From NCBI RefSeq assembly GCF_009914755.1, contig NC_060931.1: a DNA stretch of 64,000 bases. One strand, given 5' to 3'. The stretch is from the human T2T-CHM13v2.0 reference genome, Homo sapiens. Both the position numbers and the translations under genes were made by a program. Positions 37,708-52,762 of this stretch are shown piece by piece. The number at the start of each line of letters is the position of its first letter. The first letter of the stretch is position 1. Under the pieces are notes generated by a model. That model was not told the DNA's origin. It ran no database searches and worked only from the letters and a program-made list of their open reading frames with translations.

Positions 37708-39209
37708 TTTTACACAGGAGATTTGTTACAAAGGGGACGAAAGATCTGAGACATATTAGAGGGAACAATGAAACAACGGAGAGATTAACACAGCAGGAAA
37801 TAACTATTCCCTGACCCCTACCACTCTCATCCCCTGCCCCAGGGCTGTAGAGACAAAGAGAAGAGGCCGAGTTGTTACGACCTAGAAGCTAGGTACATGG
37901 ACAGAAGTTGGAGCTATACAGTGCACAGGTGGTGATGAAGACAGGTAGCCAAAGTCCTGGAAGAGCAGTATTAGCCACCAAGACTTCTCTGCTCTACCAT
38001 CTCCCACCAGTTCCCCTAATGGCTATGCCCAGCCAGAAGCCAAGTGTCCAGGGATGGCTGGAATGTGATTTTGTTCACAGTACAGAGAAAGAGAAGGGCA
38101 GGTCGTGGGTCTAAGAGCAAATAAGCAAATGGCTGGCACAGAAGGCCATGAGAGCAGGTTGCCACCATGAACAAAAGTCCATCCAGGTGGCCATGAAGAG
38201 ACCCAAAAAAGTGACAGAGCCTTGATGAATTCATGACAGCTCAGCATGTCAGCGTTACCACCCAGAGCTTCCCTCTGACCACAAATTATTGACTCCTAGA
38301 AACAGATTCATCCTGATGGAATTCATCTGAAAAGCTGATACACACACACAAAAAACCAGAGTAACCTTCTAGCTGATGAGACATTTTTGAAAGCCTGAAC
38401 ACTATTTCCCTGTTTGAAAACTGCCAGGAAATTCAACCCATCAGCAGAATCTTTGGAGGACGGCTGCGGAATCAAGGGGAGTTTGTTTTAGGATCTGTGT
38501 GTTTGTGGACATCAGGTTTCCATGGGGTGAGCAATCATCTTCCCAACCATGCTCTCCCTGACATTAAACACAGATCCTTCTCGTCTTCCATCAAGGTCTC
38601 TCCCCGTGGAATTTTGCCCGTAGCACTGCCGGCATTTGCTCGGTGACTAACTCATCATGCTTCCATGACTGGCTAACGGGCAATGCTTTATTTAGATATG
38701 CCAACACAATCAATCAAGCCTTAATCTGGCCTGGGAGACATACTGTCTCTTTGAGAAGACTTAACACAGCTTTGGCATTACTCATTCCATGTTGCTAGGA
38801 TGACTTAACTCTCAGAAGGTAGTCGTTTCCAGAACATTGGCATGGGAGAATGGGGCTATGAAATAAGGTAGGTTTACTACAGTCCTTCTCTATGTTACCT
38901 TCCTTTGTTTTTCTGGTTCTCAGTTTTAGAGGACAATTCATAGTGTGCCTAACATATCCTGCACTTTTCCACGTGCACTTTCCCATCTTTGTGGATCTGC
39001 TTTCTGCCATAAAATGCCCATTCTCAAGCTTCTCCCAGTGCCCAAGGCTCAACTTGATACCCTCATTGGTATATCACCTGTTTATTCATTGGTCTATCCT
39101 GATCCCCAAGTCAAGCTAACATGATGGCCCCTCCTCTGGAGCCTCCGAACATCTTGTATGAATCCTTCTTTATATAAAATAAAATGCTCCACCATTATTG
39201 TGGTCATAG

Positions 39210-39763
39210 TGTCAGAGGCGTTTGAACCAGAGAAACTCCATCTTGAATAGGGGCTAGGTAAAATGAGGCTGAAACCTACTGGGCTGCATTCTCAGCCAGC
39301 TGGGCATTCTTAGTCACAGGATGAGATAGGAGGTCGGCACAGGATACAGGTCTTAAAGACCTTGCTGATAAAACAGGTTGCAGTTAAAAAGCCAGCTAAA
39401 ACCCACCAAAACCAAGATGGCAACAAGAGTGACCTCTGGTCATTTTCGCTGCTACACTCCCATCAGAGCCATGACAGCTTACAAATGCCATGGCAACATC
39501 AGGAAGTTACCCTATACGGTCTAAAAAGGGGAGGCATGAATAATTTGCCACTTGTTTAGCATATTATCAAGAAAATAACCATAAAAATGGGCAACCAGCA
39601 GCTCTCAGGGCTGTTCTGTCTATGGAGTAGCCATTTTTTTATTACTCCACTTTCTTAATAAACTTGCTTTCACTTTACTCTATGGACTCACCCTGAATTG
39701 TTTCTTGTGTGAGATCCAAGAACCCTCTCTTGGGGTCTGGATCCAGACCCCTGTCTAGTAACA
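39210..39763 (+). mobile_element. MER41A ERV1 solo LTR, complete
   Basis: TGTCAGAGGCGTTTGAACCAGAG..GTAACA; 554 bp; 4-bp TSD ATAG; lacks the GAS-bearing segment of MER41B. Confidence 0.9.
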
Positions 39764-39982
39764 ATAGGTCTTGTTTGACTTCCAAAATGTTATAGGAAAG
39801 GACAAGGATCATGTCTTCCTCACCTCTATATGCTCAACAGTGCTTGAATACCATAAGATCCCAATTACCTGAGTAAATAACTCTGATAGATGGCCTGGTT
39901 TTTCTCTGAAGACTTTCCCCTAAAGCATCCTATTGTTACACAGCTCTATTTTTTCTTAATGTTCTTTTTTCTTTTGGCCTAA

Positions 39983-40700
<718 letters not shown>

Positions 40701-41269
40701 CAACCCTTTAGATATCTAAATAGAGCTATTAGGTTGTACCTGAGTCTCTTATTCTCTCAATCATACCTTCTAGACTTCAGAATCTCCATTACATTGGTTC
40801 TGTCTGATGAGTACCCATTCCTGGGATCTACCCACCACCTCTACTGGACTTGGCATTCAAATCGTGCCTATACCAAACATTATTTCTAGGCTCTTATTTG
40901 TTGGTTACTGTCACGTGCTCTTAGAAGTAACTCTAGTTCATTCTCCCACAACCCCCACTCCCACCTAGGTATTTCTACTCTTCTGGACAATGCTTGTCTC
41001 TAGACCACCTTTTTCCAGACCAGGTCTAGATTATTGCATTCCTGGGCTCAATCTACAGATGCTAGAGCTGGTCCCCCTGTTGGGATGGAGCTGTTTCCAC
41101 CCTGTATCCTCTCAGTTGTCATAGAGGTCTTACTTAATATTCAAAGTGCATTGATATAAATTTGTTCAGTCGTCTAATAATTTTATTCTACACCCAACCT
41201 CCTGCAGCCAATCCATCATCAAGAGAAAGAGAGAGAGAGAGAGACAGAGGGAGCATCTAAATATCTCTC

Positions 41270-41760
41270 AGACACCCAGCTACTTGCATGTTCAATATTA
41301 CCCTCTGCTCTCACCAGACAACTGCAATAGCCTGCCCCCCCAGGCTATTCTCCACACAGTATACACAGTGAGCTGTTGAATGCAAATCTGGCCATAACAC
41401 TCTCTTACTTAAAACACTCAGTGGCACTCCTTTGTTCTTAGGACAAAGACCAAAATTCCTAACATGATTTTTGTGGCCTTCCATAGCTTCTTTAGAAACC
41501 ACTTAACTGTCTTACTTCCTCTCCCTAAACGAGATCAGGCAAACCACTCTATTGCAGTTTCATAGACCTATGTTCATTACCATGGTCATGTAACTTTATG
41601 TTTACTTGGGTGACTATTTGATTTTTGTCACCTTCCCCTCTAGAGTGTAAGCTGAGTTAATGTGGCAAAGACAATGTCTGTTTCTGCTCATCAATATATC
41701 TCCAGCATCAGTCATGGGACATGAAACATTTAAAAGCCCTCCAGAAGTATTTGTGAGTGG
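41270..41760 (+). mobile_element. L2 3' fragment
   Basis: ATGCAAATCTG..ACTTAAAACACTCAGTGGC..TAGAGTGTAAGCT. Confidence 0.6.
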
Positions 41761-41859
41761 TAAAAAGAAGGAAGGATGGTGCAGTGGGCTTAACAATAAC
41801 CCCCCAAAAGATAACTACATTTGAATCCCCAGAATGTATGAATGTTACCTTACATGACA

Positions 41860-42324
41860 AAGGATATGAAGGATGTAAAGATATGAAGGATGTGAAGATA
41901 TAAAGGGTGTGAAGATATAAAGGGTGTGAAGATATGAAGGATGGGAAGATATGAAGGATGGGAAGACATGAAGAATGGGAAGATATGAAGGATGGGAAGA
42001 TATGAAGAGTGTGAAGATATGAAGGATGGGAAGACATGAAGGATGGGAAGATATGAAGTGTGGGAATATATGAAAGGTGTGAAGATATGAAGGATGAGAA
42101 GATATGAAGGGTGTGAAGATATGAGGGGTGTGAAGATGTGAAGGATGGAAGATATGAAGACTGTGAAGATATGAAGAATGGGAAGACATGAAGGATGGGA
42201 AGACATGAAGGGTGTGAAGATATGAAGGGCGTGAAGATATGAAGGTTGTGAAGAAATGAAGGATGGGAAAATATGAAGGATGGGAAGATATGAAGGATGG
42301 GAGGACATGCAGGATGTGAAGATA
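41860..42324 (+). repeat. 17-bp minisatellite, ~27 units, GAAGA(T/C)ATGAAGG(ATGG/GTGT)
   Basis: Directly visible; 17-aa periodicity (three units) in minus-strand ORFs. Confidence 0.95.
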
Positions 42325-42565
42325 GGATTAAATTAAGGATCTTGAGATGGGGAGATTATCCTGGATTATCTGGGTGAGTCCTATGTGATCACAAGATCCT
42401 TACAAGAGGAGGGCAAGAAAGTCACAGGAGGAAGTAGGAGGCATGAGAATAGAAGCAAGAGGTTGGGGTAATTGGAGGAAGAGGTCACGAGCCAAGGAAT
42501 GCAGGTAACCTCCAGAAGCTAAAAAAAGCAAGGACACAGATTCTCCCCTTAAGACTTTGGAAGGA

Positions 42566-42718
42566 GGCTGAGCATGGTGGCTCATGCTTGTAATCCTAGC
42601 GCCTTGGAAGATCATAGCAGAAGGATTGCTTGAGGCCAAGGATTCAAGACCAGCCTGGGCCACATAGTGATACCCTGTCTCTACAAACAATTTTAGAAAT
42701 TAAAAAACAAAAATAAAA
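42566..42718 (+). mobile_element. Alu monomer (FLAM or AluJ left arm)
   Basis: Single arm plus A-rich tail. Confidence 0.85.
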
Positions 42719-42802
42719 TCTTTGGGAGCGAACCAGGCTTGCCAACACCTTAACTTCATCCCAGTGAGATTCATTTCAGACTTCTGGGCTCTATAACCAT
42801 AG

Positions 42803-43081
<279 letters not shown>

Positions 43082-43742
43082 TAAATTTGTGTTGTTTTAT
43101 GCCACCAAGTGTGTATGAATTTGTTATAGTACCTACAGAAAACTAATACAGATGGTAAGAAAGAAGGAAAAGAGAAAGACAAAATATTTGTCTCTGTTTA
43201 ATATTTGGGAAAAGAGAAGAAGTACTTTACTTAAAATACCTAAGAGGAAAGATCATTTCAGGAAATATTAAAGTTCATCTCTCCAGTTAGGGTTCACTGT
43301 TCCTTAAAAGAAGCCATCTTCATAGGCATGGAGCACTCCCAATTCATCCACTTCTGTCAAAGACTTCCGGCTCTCCCATCTTCCTGGCCCTTACTCTTCA
43401 GGGTGTCACTGCTGCCTGCTCTGTGTTGACACCTCTAAACTCACTACTTCCTAGGGTTCTAGCCTCCCTGTATGCTGCCAGGCATCTGACCTCTCTCTCT
43501 TTCCATGCCCTGTCTCCTCCTCATTGGCCTCTGTCTAAGCCCCGATAGCTCAAAGGGCTGGAGTAGCCCCCGTACACCCGGAGTTGCACTTGCAATAGGC
43601 AGAGAGTAGGGATGGAGCTCACATCTTCTAAGTCCTCACTCAACGTTCTCTGTCTACCACACACACGATGCCTCTCTGTCCATGGGTTGGAAAGATCAGG
43701 ATACTGGGAGACTCTATCTAGGGACATAAAAATGGCCCTTAC

Positions 43743-44235
<493 letters not shown>

Positions 44236-44977
44236 TCAAAGGAGTACAACCTCCTTGCCTCAGCAAATGACATGACATTTGCAGAAAGCCTGAATAGAGA
44301 TGCTCTGGAGTGGGTGATGCATTGAGAAAGCCCCTTGCACCGTTCCTGTCCATGAGCCTCACTGGAGATCATCTGTCCCGTGTCTCTGTTTCTGCATAGC
44401 CAGCCCTCAGAGCCAGTCAGCGCAGGGAGGCAGGAATCAGGCCAGCTGCCTGACGACTTTAATGTTAAAATGTGTTGAGCATTCACAGGCCACGGAACTC
44501 TGCTAAGTGAACCAAATGGGCCTCCCTAAAGCCATATGCTCACTCCATCACATCCCAGCTGCAGACCTCTTGCAACAAGGGAACAGACTTGCTGGGGAAG
44601 GTTTGGGGGTTTTTTTTAATTCCTGTTGAACTGTTAATACCAGATGCTGATGGCACAATCAGAGAACTGACAGAGAAAAGTCAGCAGCAAGCATCGCGTC
44701 CCCAGAGAACAAGAATGTACCCTTTCCTAACAAGCACTTCGTAGAAATGTCTTTAGATATTTGCAGCCCCTGTGCATACTTAAAGGATGGGATCATTATG
44801 CAGTGATTAGGAGCTATGGCAAAGACTGTTTAGCTTCTCACCAAAGCACTTTCCTCTTCCTCTTGGGCATACAGCTAGGCCACATTTTTCAGCCCTCCTT
44901 GTACTAAGATTGCACCCATATGACTGAATTTTGGCCAATGAAATGGGCTCTGTGCCACTTCAATAAAAATGGAGTCT

Positions 44978-45306
<329 letters not shown>

Positions 45307-45335
45307 GGAATCTTCCATGACTTAGAGTGACCAAC

Positions 45336-45788
45336 TGTGATGGTAAATACTGAGTGTCAACTTGATTGGATTAAGGTTACAAAGTATTGATCCTGGGTGT
45401 GTTTGTGAGGGTGTTGCCCAAAAGAGATTAACATTTGAGTCAGTGGGCTGGGGAAGGCAGACCCACCCTTAATCTGGGTGTACACAATCTAATCAGCTGC
45501 CAGGGTGGCTAGAATATAGGCAGGCAGAAAAACGGGAAAGGAGAGACTGGCCTAGCCTCCAATCCTACATCTTGTCTCCAGCGCTGGAGGCTTCCCACCC
45601 TTAAACACCAGACTCCAAGTTCTTCAGTTTTGGAACTCAGACTGGCTCTCCTTGCTCCTCAGCCTGCAGACGGCCTATTGTGGGATCTTGTGATTGTGTG
45701 AGTCGATACTGAATAAACTCCTCTCTCTCTCTCTCTATATATATACATTCCATTAGTTCTGTCCCTCTAGAGAACCCTGACTAATACA
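45336..45788 (+). mobile_element. MLT2A1-like HERV-L solo LTR, complete
   Basis: TGTGATGGTAAATACTGAGTGTCAACTTGATTGGATT..GGCAGACCCACCCTTAATCTGGGTG..GAACCCTGACTAATACA; 453 bp; 5-bp TSD CCAAC. Confidence 0.9.
45363..45373 (-). promoter_or_regulatory. DUX4 consensus motif TAATCCAATCA in MLT2A1
   Basis: Plus strand TGATTGGATTA; second near-match CAATCTAATCA at 45485-45495. Confidence 0.55.
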
Positions 45789-45951
45789 CCAACCATCCCA
45801 GTTTGGTCAGGACTATCGTGGTTTTAGCAGTGAAAGTCCTGCTTCCTGGGAGGTCCATCCATTACTGGCAAATTGACAGTTAGGGATCCTTGTGCTCTCC
45901 CCCATCACCATTCCCAGCCAGCTATATCAAAAGGGTCCCCCGGCTTTGGAT

Positions 45952-46143
45952 CATGGTTCTCAAGCTCAAGGCTGCATTGGTATTATCTGCAGGGCTTGTT
46001 AAAACACAGGTTGTTGGGCCCCAGCCCCCAGAGTTTCTGACTCAGTAGCTTTGGGGTGGGGCCCGAGAATTTACATTTCTAACACATTCTCCCAGGGAAG
46101 CCTGTGCTTGCTGCACGAGGGAGCACATTTGCAGAAATATTGC
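45952..46143 (+). mobile_element. MER5A
   Basis: GGGCTTGTTAAAACACAG..CCCCAGAGTTTCTGACTCAGTAG..GAGAATTTACATTTCTAAC. Confidence 0.85.
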
Positions 46144-46162
46144 CCTAGGTCACCACCCTAGC

Positions 46163-46340
46163 TGAGTGGCTCTCAAACTTTGCTAAATATTAGAGTTACC
46201 TGGGGAGCAAAAAAAAAAAAAAAAAAAAATTCAAAACCTAGGCTGCTCTCCAGATCCATCAATCAAATCAGAATCCCTAAGAGAGGGTCCCATACATCAG
46301 TGGTGTTTAAAGCTCTATCGGTCAAGTTTGAGAACAGGTA
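46163..46340. mobile_element. MER5-family fragment
   Basis: GTGGCTCTCAAACTTTG..TTAGAGTTACCTGGGGAGC..AAATCAGAATC..AAGTTTGAGAAC. Confidence 0.6.
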
Positions 46341-46347
46341 CCCTAGC

Positions 46348-46817
46348 TCAGTGTTTTCAAATGTGAATATCCCTGTCAGTTACCTGGGGGTCTTGTTAAA
46401 AATGCATATTCTTGGCCAGGCGCAGTGGCTCACACTTATGAGTGCAGAACTTTGGGAGGCCAAGGTGAGCGGATTGCTTGAGGTAGGATTTTGAGACCAG
46501 CCTAGTCAACGTGGTGAAACCCCATTTTTTGTGCTAAAAATTCAAAAAATTAGCCCGGCCTGGTGGTGTGCACCTGTAGTCCCAGCTACTTGGGAGGCTG
46601 AGGCATGAGAATCATTTGAGCATGGGAGGAAGAGGTTGCAGTGCGCCAAGATTGCGCCACTGTACTTCCGCATGGGTGACAGACTGAGACTCTGTCTAAA
46701 AAAAAAAAAAAAGCATATTCTCATTAGGTTGGTCTGGAAAAGAGCCTGGGATTCTGCACTCTTAGCAAGTTCCAAGGTTATGGTTGAGCTATTGGTCTGG
46801 GAGCTACACTTTGAGTA
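46348..46817 (+). mobile_element. MER5A1-like element split by an Alu
   Basis: TTACCTGGGGGTCTTGTTAAAAATGCA..GATTCTGCACTCTTAGCAAGTTCC..CACTTTGAGTA. Confidence 0.65.
46414..46712 (+). mobile_element. Alu
   Basis: TSD GCATATTCT. Confidence 0.93.
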
Positions 46818-47298
46818 TGTCAAATTAAGAATCTCTGAAATTGAACATTTTATTTGGGAAGAAAGAATTGTAATTTGGGGCATACACACAGACTGGGTGG
46901 TCTTTGGTATGTCAGAAGTACAAAGAAAAGGTTGGCGATTTTATTTTAAAAAGAGAAATGTTCTATATATATATGTGTGTGTATGTATGTATATACAGTA
47001 TATATACATACACACACTATTTTTAAAGAAAATGCATTGATATTGGTAAGGTTTTCGGGAGTTGGCAAAGCTCTGATTGGTGAGTGACAGTGGTGGCTAA
47101 AATTAGTCTTAGAGTCAGTCACAGTCAGTTCTTTCAGTAGCTATTAGAGAAAACTGATCTCAGATTACAACAGGCAGTTTCAGCAGCCAGGCTTGCAGAA
47201 AATTACATTCTGGGAGCAATATTGTATGTCCTGGCTTCTCAACTCTGTTGTAGTTGGGTATGACAAGAATGATTCAACTGGTAAGATCAACATTTGCA
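46818..47298 (-). mobile_element. ERV1-class solo LTR (family uncertain, MER31/MER67-like)
   Basis: TG..CA termini with 4-bp TSD AGTA; interrupts the MER5 end; CTGATTGG box and TTTATT signal. Confidence 0.6.
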
Positions 47299-47335
47299 AG
47301 TAGCACGATTTCAGATCAGTGGATCTAGATCTCTA

Positions 47336-47490
47336 GTGACTCTGTCTGCATTCAGAATACATGGAAAACGTTGCTAAAATCCAAAGATCACTAGGCACCC
47401 CCATCCCCAGAATTTCAGACTCAGAAGAACTGGGTAGGGGGTCTAAGAATTGTGTGTTTAATAAGTTCCCAAAGAAAGCTCTGGCTAATG
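47336..47490 (+). mobile_element. MER5-family fragment
   Basis: CCCCAGAATTTCAGACTCAG..AAGAATTGTGTGTTTAATAAGTTCCC. Confidence 0.6.
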
Positions 47491-47569
47491 TTATCAAAAG
47501 AAGGGTAGGGAATAAATTCTGAGTGAGACACAGCAAATGTTCACTACTTTAATATGGATCCTGGCCCCA

Positions 47570-47861
<292 letters not shown>

Positions 47862-48109
47862 GACCCTGACCCATTTTAAGGAAGCGCGTAAGACTCCTGC
47901 AATTAACGGCAAACACTACATCAGCCTGAAGTTCTTCATCTGACACTGGGAAGTGCTCATGAGGACAAAAACCTCTTAAAATCTCAATATTAACTAGATA
48001 GCTCCTGATATAGGCCAAACCAGTTTAGAAATATCTCACCGTCAAAATTTTTACTATAATAAAAAGAAAGAATGTGACTGTGACTACTGCCACAAAACTA
48101 CCAATTAAT

Positions 48110-48335
48110 GTTTGTAGATTGCTAAGTATCAGGCTCTGTCATAAGCACCTAAAAAGGTGTCCTTACAACAACCCCATGAGAGAGGAACTATTATCGCATT
48201 CAGATTGCTTTTGAGTAAACTAGGCACAGAGGAGCTAAGTAACATGCCTAGGATCATGAAACTAGAACCAGAAATCAGAAACCAGACAGACCAACTCCAC
48301 GGTACACTGTACTGATTATTGTCCTGTACTGCTTC
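48110..48335 (-). mobile_element. MIR
   Basis: CCTTACAACAACCCCATGAG..AAACTAGGCACAGAGGAGCTAAGTAACATGCCTAGGATCA. Confidence 0.75.
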
Positions 48336-48576
48336 TCTCAGGGATGAGGAAAAATCTATAATCTGGACAGAAACAGCCAAATATTATCATTTATAATAAT
48401 TATCGCTAATGTCATTTTCTCCTTCCCAACTCTTAAACTTGTGGTATTTGCTAAGGAATGTAGGGGCTTTAATATTTTACAGATACGATATAAAACTGCA
48501 GAAAGAAAGGCATGAAATGGTCAACCAAAAGCTAAAGGAGCACTGAATGCCTATAAATGCCCTGAATGTCTGTTGC

Positions 48577-48871
48577 TTTTTTTTTTTTTTTTTTTTAACA
48601 CAGTCTCTCTCTGTCACCCAGGCTGGAGTGCAGTGGCATGATCACAGCTTATTACAACCTCCGCCTCCCGGGTTCAAGTGATTCTCGTGCCTCAGCCTCC
48701 TGAGTAGCTGGGATTACAGGTGTGCACCACCAGGCCCAGCTAATTTTTGTATTTTTAGTAGAGACGGGATTTCACCATGTTGGCCAGGCTGGTCTTGAAC
48801 TCCTGACCTTAAGTGATCCACCTGCTTGGCCTCTCAAAGTGCTGGAATTACAGGCATGAGCCATCACGTCC
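48577..48871 (-). mobile_element. Alu (AluS-like)
   Basis: TSD AATG(T/C)CTG(T/C)TGCTT. Confidence 0.95.
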
Positions 48872-48964
48872 AATGCCTGCTGCTTAGCGGAAGCTTTGGA
48901 AAACTCTTTCAGTCCCTGTCCTACAGATGGATGATGCTGAGTGAGTAGAAAGTATCTTCCAGCC

Positions 48965-49160
48965 CATCTGTGACTTTGGACATCACTTAATCTCCATTAG
49001 CTTCAGTTTCTTTATATGGAGAAGTGGGAGGAAGAACAGAAGCTACCTCTTTGGATTGAACTGAGAATTAAACAAGGTATCTCATGTAAAGCACTCAGCT
49101 TAATGTCTGCCCCATAGTAAGCGATAAAGAAGTATTAACTATAACAAGCTATTATTATCA
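48965..49160 (+). mobile_element. MIR
   Basis: TGTGACTTTGGACATCACTTAA..CTTCAGTTTCTT..ATGTAAAGCACTCAGC. Confidence 0.7.
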
Positions 49161-49184
49161 TCAGTTAAAAACAATAGACTTTGG

Positions 49185-49491
<307 letters not shown>

Positions 49492-49721
49492 TTATTATGA
49501 GGATTAGAAATAATATATGTCCCACACCTGACATTACATAAACATAAAAAACTCTAGCCTTTATTAATATCCCCCCCGTGGGGATGCATCATGCTACCTT
49601 TGAGTGAATCAGTATTTATGAAATGCATTGTGTATCCAGCATTCATTAATTCATTCCTTTGTCACTCAACAATTATCCTGTTGTTTGTTTTTGCTTTTTT
49701 TTCTTTTCTTTCTCTCTCTCT

Positions 49722-50033
<312 letters not shown>

Positions 50034-51428
50034 ACAATTGCCTTTCAAGAAGAGGTCCCATTCCACATATATGCTAAAGGTGGAGCCACTGGAATCTATG
50101 GATGGATCAAACGTGGAGTATGAAAGAGACGAGTGAAAGTTGATCATGAGGGCACAGTCCTACTTGCTACTGTGAAGCAAAATGAACACAGATGGAAACA
50201 GAAGGACATGAAGCTGGAGACACAGACAAAGTTTACATCATGAGGAAATCTGTACGCAAGAAATCTCTTCTTCATGCCAAGGGCAATGTGGAGACATTGA
50301 AAGGCTGCAAGCAGAGGGATGCTGAGTTGAAGATGAGACAGCGTGCAGTGGAACCAGTAGAAATTCTTACCTAATATAACAGTTAGGGTGAAATGAGTCC
50401 TGAACTAAGACAAGCCCAGCAGGAATGAATAGGGTCAGAGATGTGTGAGTGAAAGAAATGTTGATGTGTTGCTATGAATTGTTGGTTTCTTGAATGAGAA
50501 GGGTGAGGGAATGGAGAAATCTAGATGGAGCCCCAAGTCTCTGCCTTGAAAGCCATGGCAGAGATGCCCAGTTACCAAGCCTTCCCCATTTTCATCCAAA
50601 ATACAGCTACCAAGGGACCACCCTTAAAAAAAAAAAGGCTTCCCAGAATTCTTTGCAGCTGAAGGTAACCATGTGACACCATTCTAGCCAATAAGATATA
50701 AGTGTTGAGTGGTGCTTTCTGGAAAGTTTCTTAAAGAGGGCTCACTCTGCTGGAACACACTATCTCATCTCACTTTTTTCTTTTTTCCTGCCTAGAACAT
50801 GGCCAGGAAAGTAGATGGACGGTAGGTGAGCTACAAAATTGAGGCTCACCTGCCCTGCATCAATAGTGCAGAAGCCATATTGAAACCACAGAGAGGAGCA
50901 CATACTAAGGACATCAAAGCAAAAATCCTGGGTTCCTAATGATCTCATGCAGCCATGGTGCTAACCCTGGACAGCTGAAGCAGCTACCGAAGAACGAAAA
51001 GATTGGGGAAGGAGCTACTACTATAATTTTCCTAACACATAGAGAAAATTAAGAAGAATCCTACAAAGGACCATTTTCTTCCCTCTGGTCTGAGGTTGAG
51101 CAATATGTATTATTTTCTCTGGGTTTTCACCATTTACTACAGACTACAAACACAGAACCAAAGAATTTAGGGTACACTTTCAAATCACTCTCATCTGCCA
51201 GGGGGAAATTAAATGACGCAGAATTGCCTCTAGTCACTAATACAACAGTCCAGGATGAAAATCTTCTCTGTGGCTACAGCCTGGTCCTTATTTCCACCAC
51301 TCGCCTTCATCCATCCCCAGGCTGCACCAAGCAGTCTTAACGTATGCCCATACCAGCCACTTATAAGTTGCTTAGCCCTTTTACATACATTTCATCCTAG
51401 CTGCCCCTTCAAAGAGTATCTATGGGTG

Positions 51429-51736
51429 TGCTGGTCATGGTGGCTCACACCTGTAATCATAGCACTTTGGGAGGCAAAGGCAGAAGGATTGCTTCAGCCA
51501 AGGAGTTCAAGACCAGCCTGGGTGACATAATGAGACCCATTCTCTAGGAAAAAAAAAAAAAAATTAGCCAGAAATGGTGGTGCATGTCTATAGTCCTGGC
51601 TACCTGGGGGGCTGAGGTGTAGGGACATCACTTGGGCACAGGAGTCTGAAGCTGTAGTGAGCTGTAATTGTGCCACTGCACTCCAGCCTGAGCAGCAGAA
51701 CGAGACCCTGTCTCAAAATAATGAAATAAAATAAAA
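51429..51736 (+). mobile_element. AluJ-like
   Basis: TSD AGAGTATCTATGG. Confidence 0.93.
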
Positions 51737-52278
51737 TGAAGAGAGTATCTATGGATATATTTCTATCATGCAATGTTCTGAAACTCTTGGCTTTAAATGA
51801 AATGAGCTAGAAGACGTTGCACTCCGTAGAAGCAGGAATGGTTCTCCTCCATGAAGCTCCCTCATGATGTGGCTGTCCTGACCTTATTTAATAAACCACC
51901 ACCCAGGACTTTACCTCTGCCCTTCTTCCTCCATGCCTAGAAATGTAATATTGTTAACTCATATAGAGAAGGTCCTTCTCTCAGAGGAAAACTCACATTA
52001 ACCAAACCTGCAGGCTTGATGTATAAAACCAAACAGTGGCTTCTAAAAGTACAGTGGGACATTTATTTATAACTGCTACATAAAAATGGTGTTTAAGGAG
52101 CACACAATCAGAGTAAGAAGAATCTTTTAGCTGGACTGAATGTTTGAGAGCCTCAGAATGAAGCAGAATTTGCTTTAACAATGAGACTTGGAATGGGTTG
52201 ACTACAACTTTCACATCTATCCTATGGTAGCGGTGCCTGTGGCTACAGGATCAGAAACTCTTAAAGATCTTCAGTTAA

Positions 52279-52762
52279 GGCTGGGCGCGGTGGCTCATGC
52301 CAGTAATCCCAGCACTTTGGGAGGCTGAGGTGGGCAGATCACTTGAGCTCAGGAGTTCAAGACCAGTCTGGCCAAATCATGAAACCCTGTCTCTACTAAA
52401 AATATAAAAATTAGCGAGACATGATGGTGCACGCCTGTAATCCCAGCTGCTTGGGGGGCTGAGGCAGGAGAATCATTTGAACCCAGGAGGCGGAGGTGAG
52501 TGAGCCAAGATTGCACCACTGCACTCCAGCCTGGGTGAAAAAGCGAGACTCTGTCTCAAAAACAAACAAACAAACAAAAAACCCCAAAATTAGCCAGGCG
52601 CGGTGGTGTGCACCTATAATCCCAGCTACTTGGGGGGCTGAGACAGGAGAATCGCTTGAACCCAGGGAGGTGGAGGTTGCAGTGAGCCAAGATCGCACCA
52701 CTACACTCCAGCCTGGGCAACAGAGTGAGACTCCATCTCAAAACAAAAATGAAAACAAAAAC
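52279..52762 (+). mobile_element. Trimeric Alu (left arm plus two right arms)
   Basis: One TSD AAGATCTT(C/T)AGTT flanks all three arms. Confidence 0.9.

Larger units (their letters stand above)
45323..45885 (+). mobile_element. MER81-like hAT MITE split by MLT2A1
   Basis: TAGAGTGACCAAC | CCAACCATCCCAGTTTGGTCAGGACT..GGTTTTAGCAGTGAAAGTCC. Confidence 0.7.

Noticed and set aside
39210-39763. MER41 as an interferon-gamma/STAT1 enhancer
   Set aside because: This copy reads GGGGAGGCATGAATAAT across the GAS-bearing segment of MER41B, the MER41A form; no tandem GAS seen
41708-42324. SSHPSY-repeat ORFs, or a CRISPR-like array
   Set aside because: Contiguous 17-bp tandem units without spacers; ORFs are a by-product of a stop-free repeat strand
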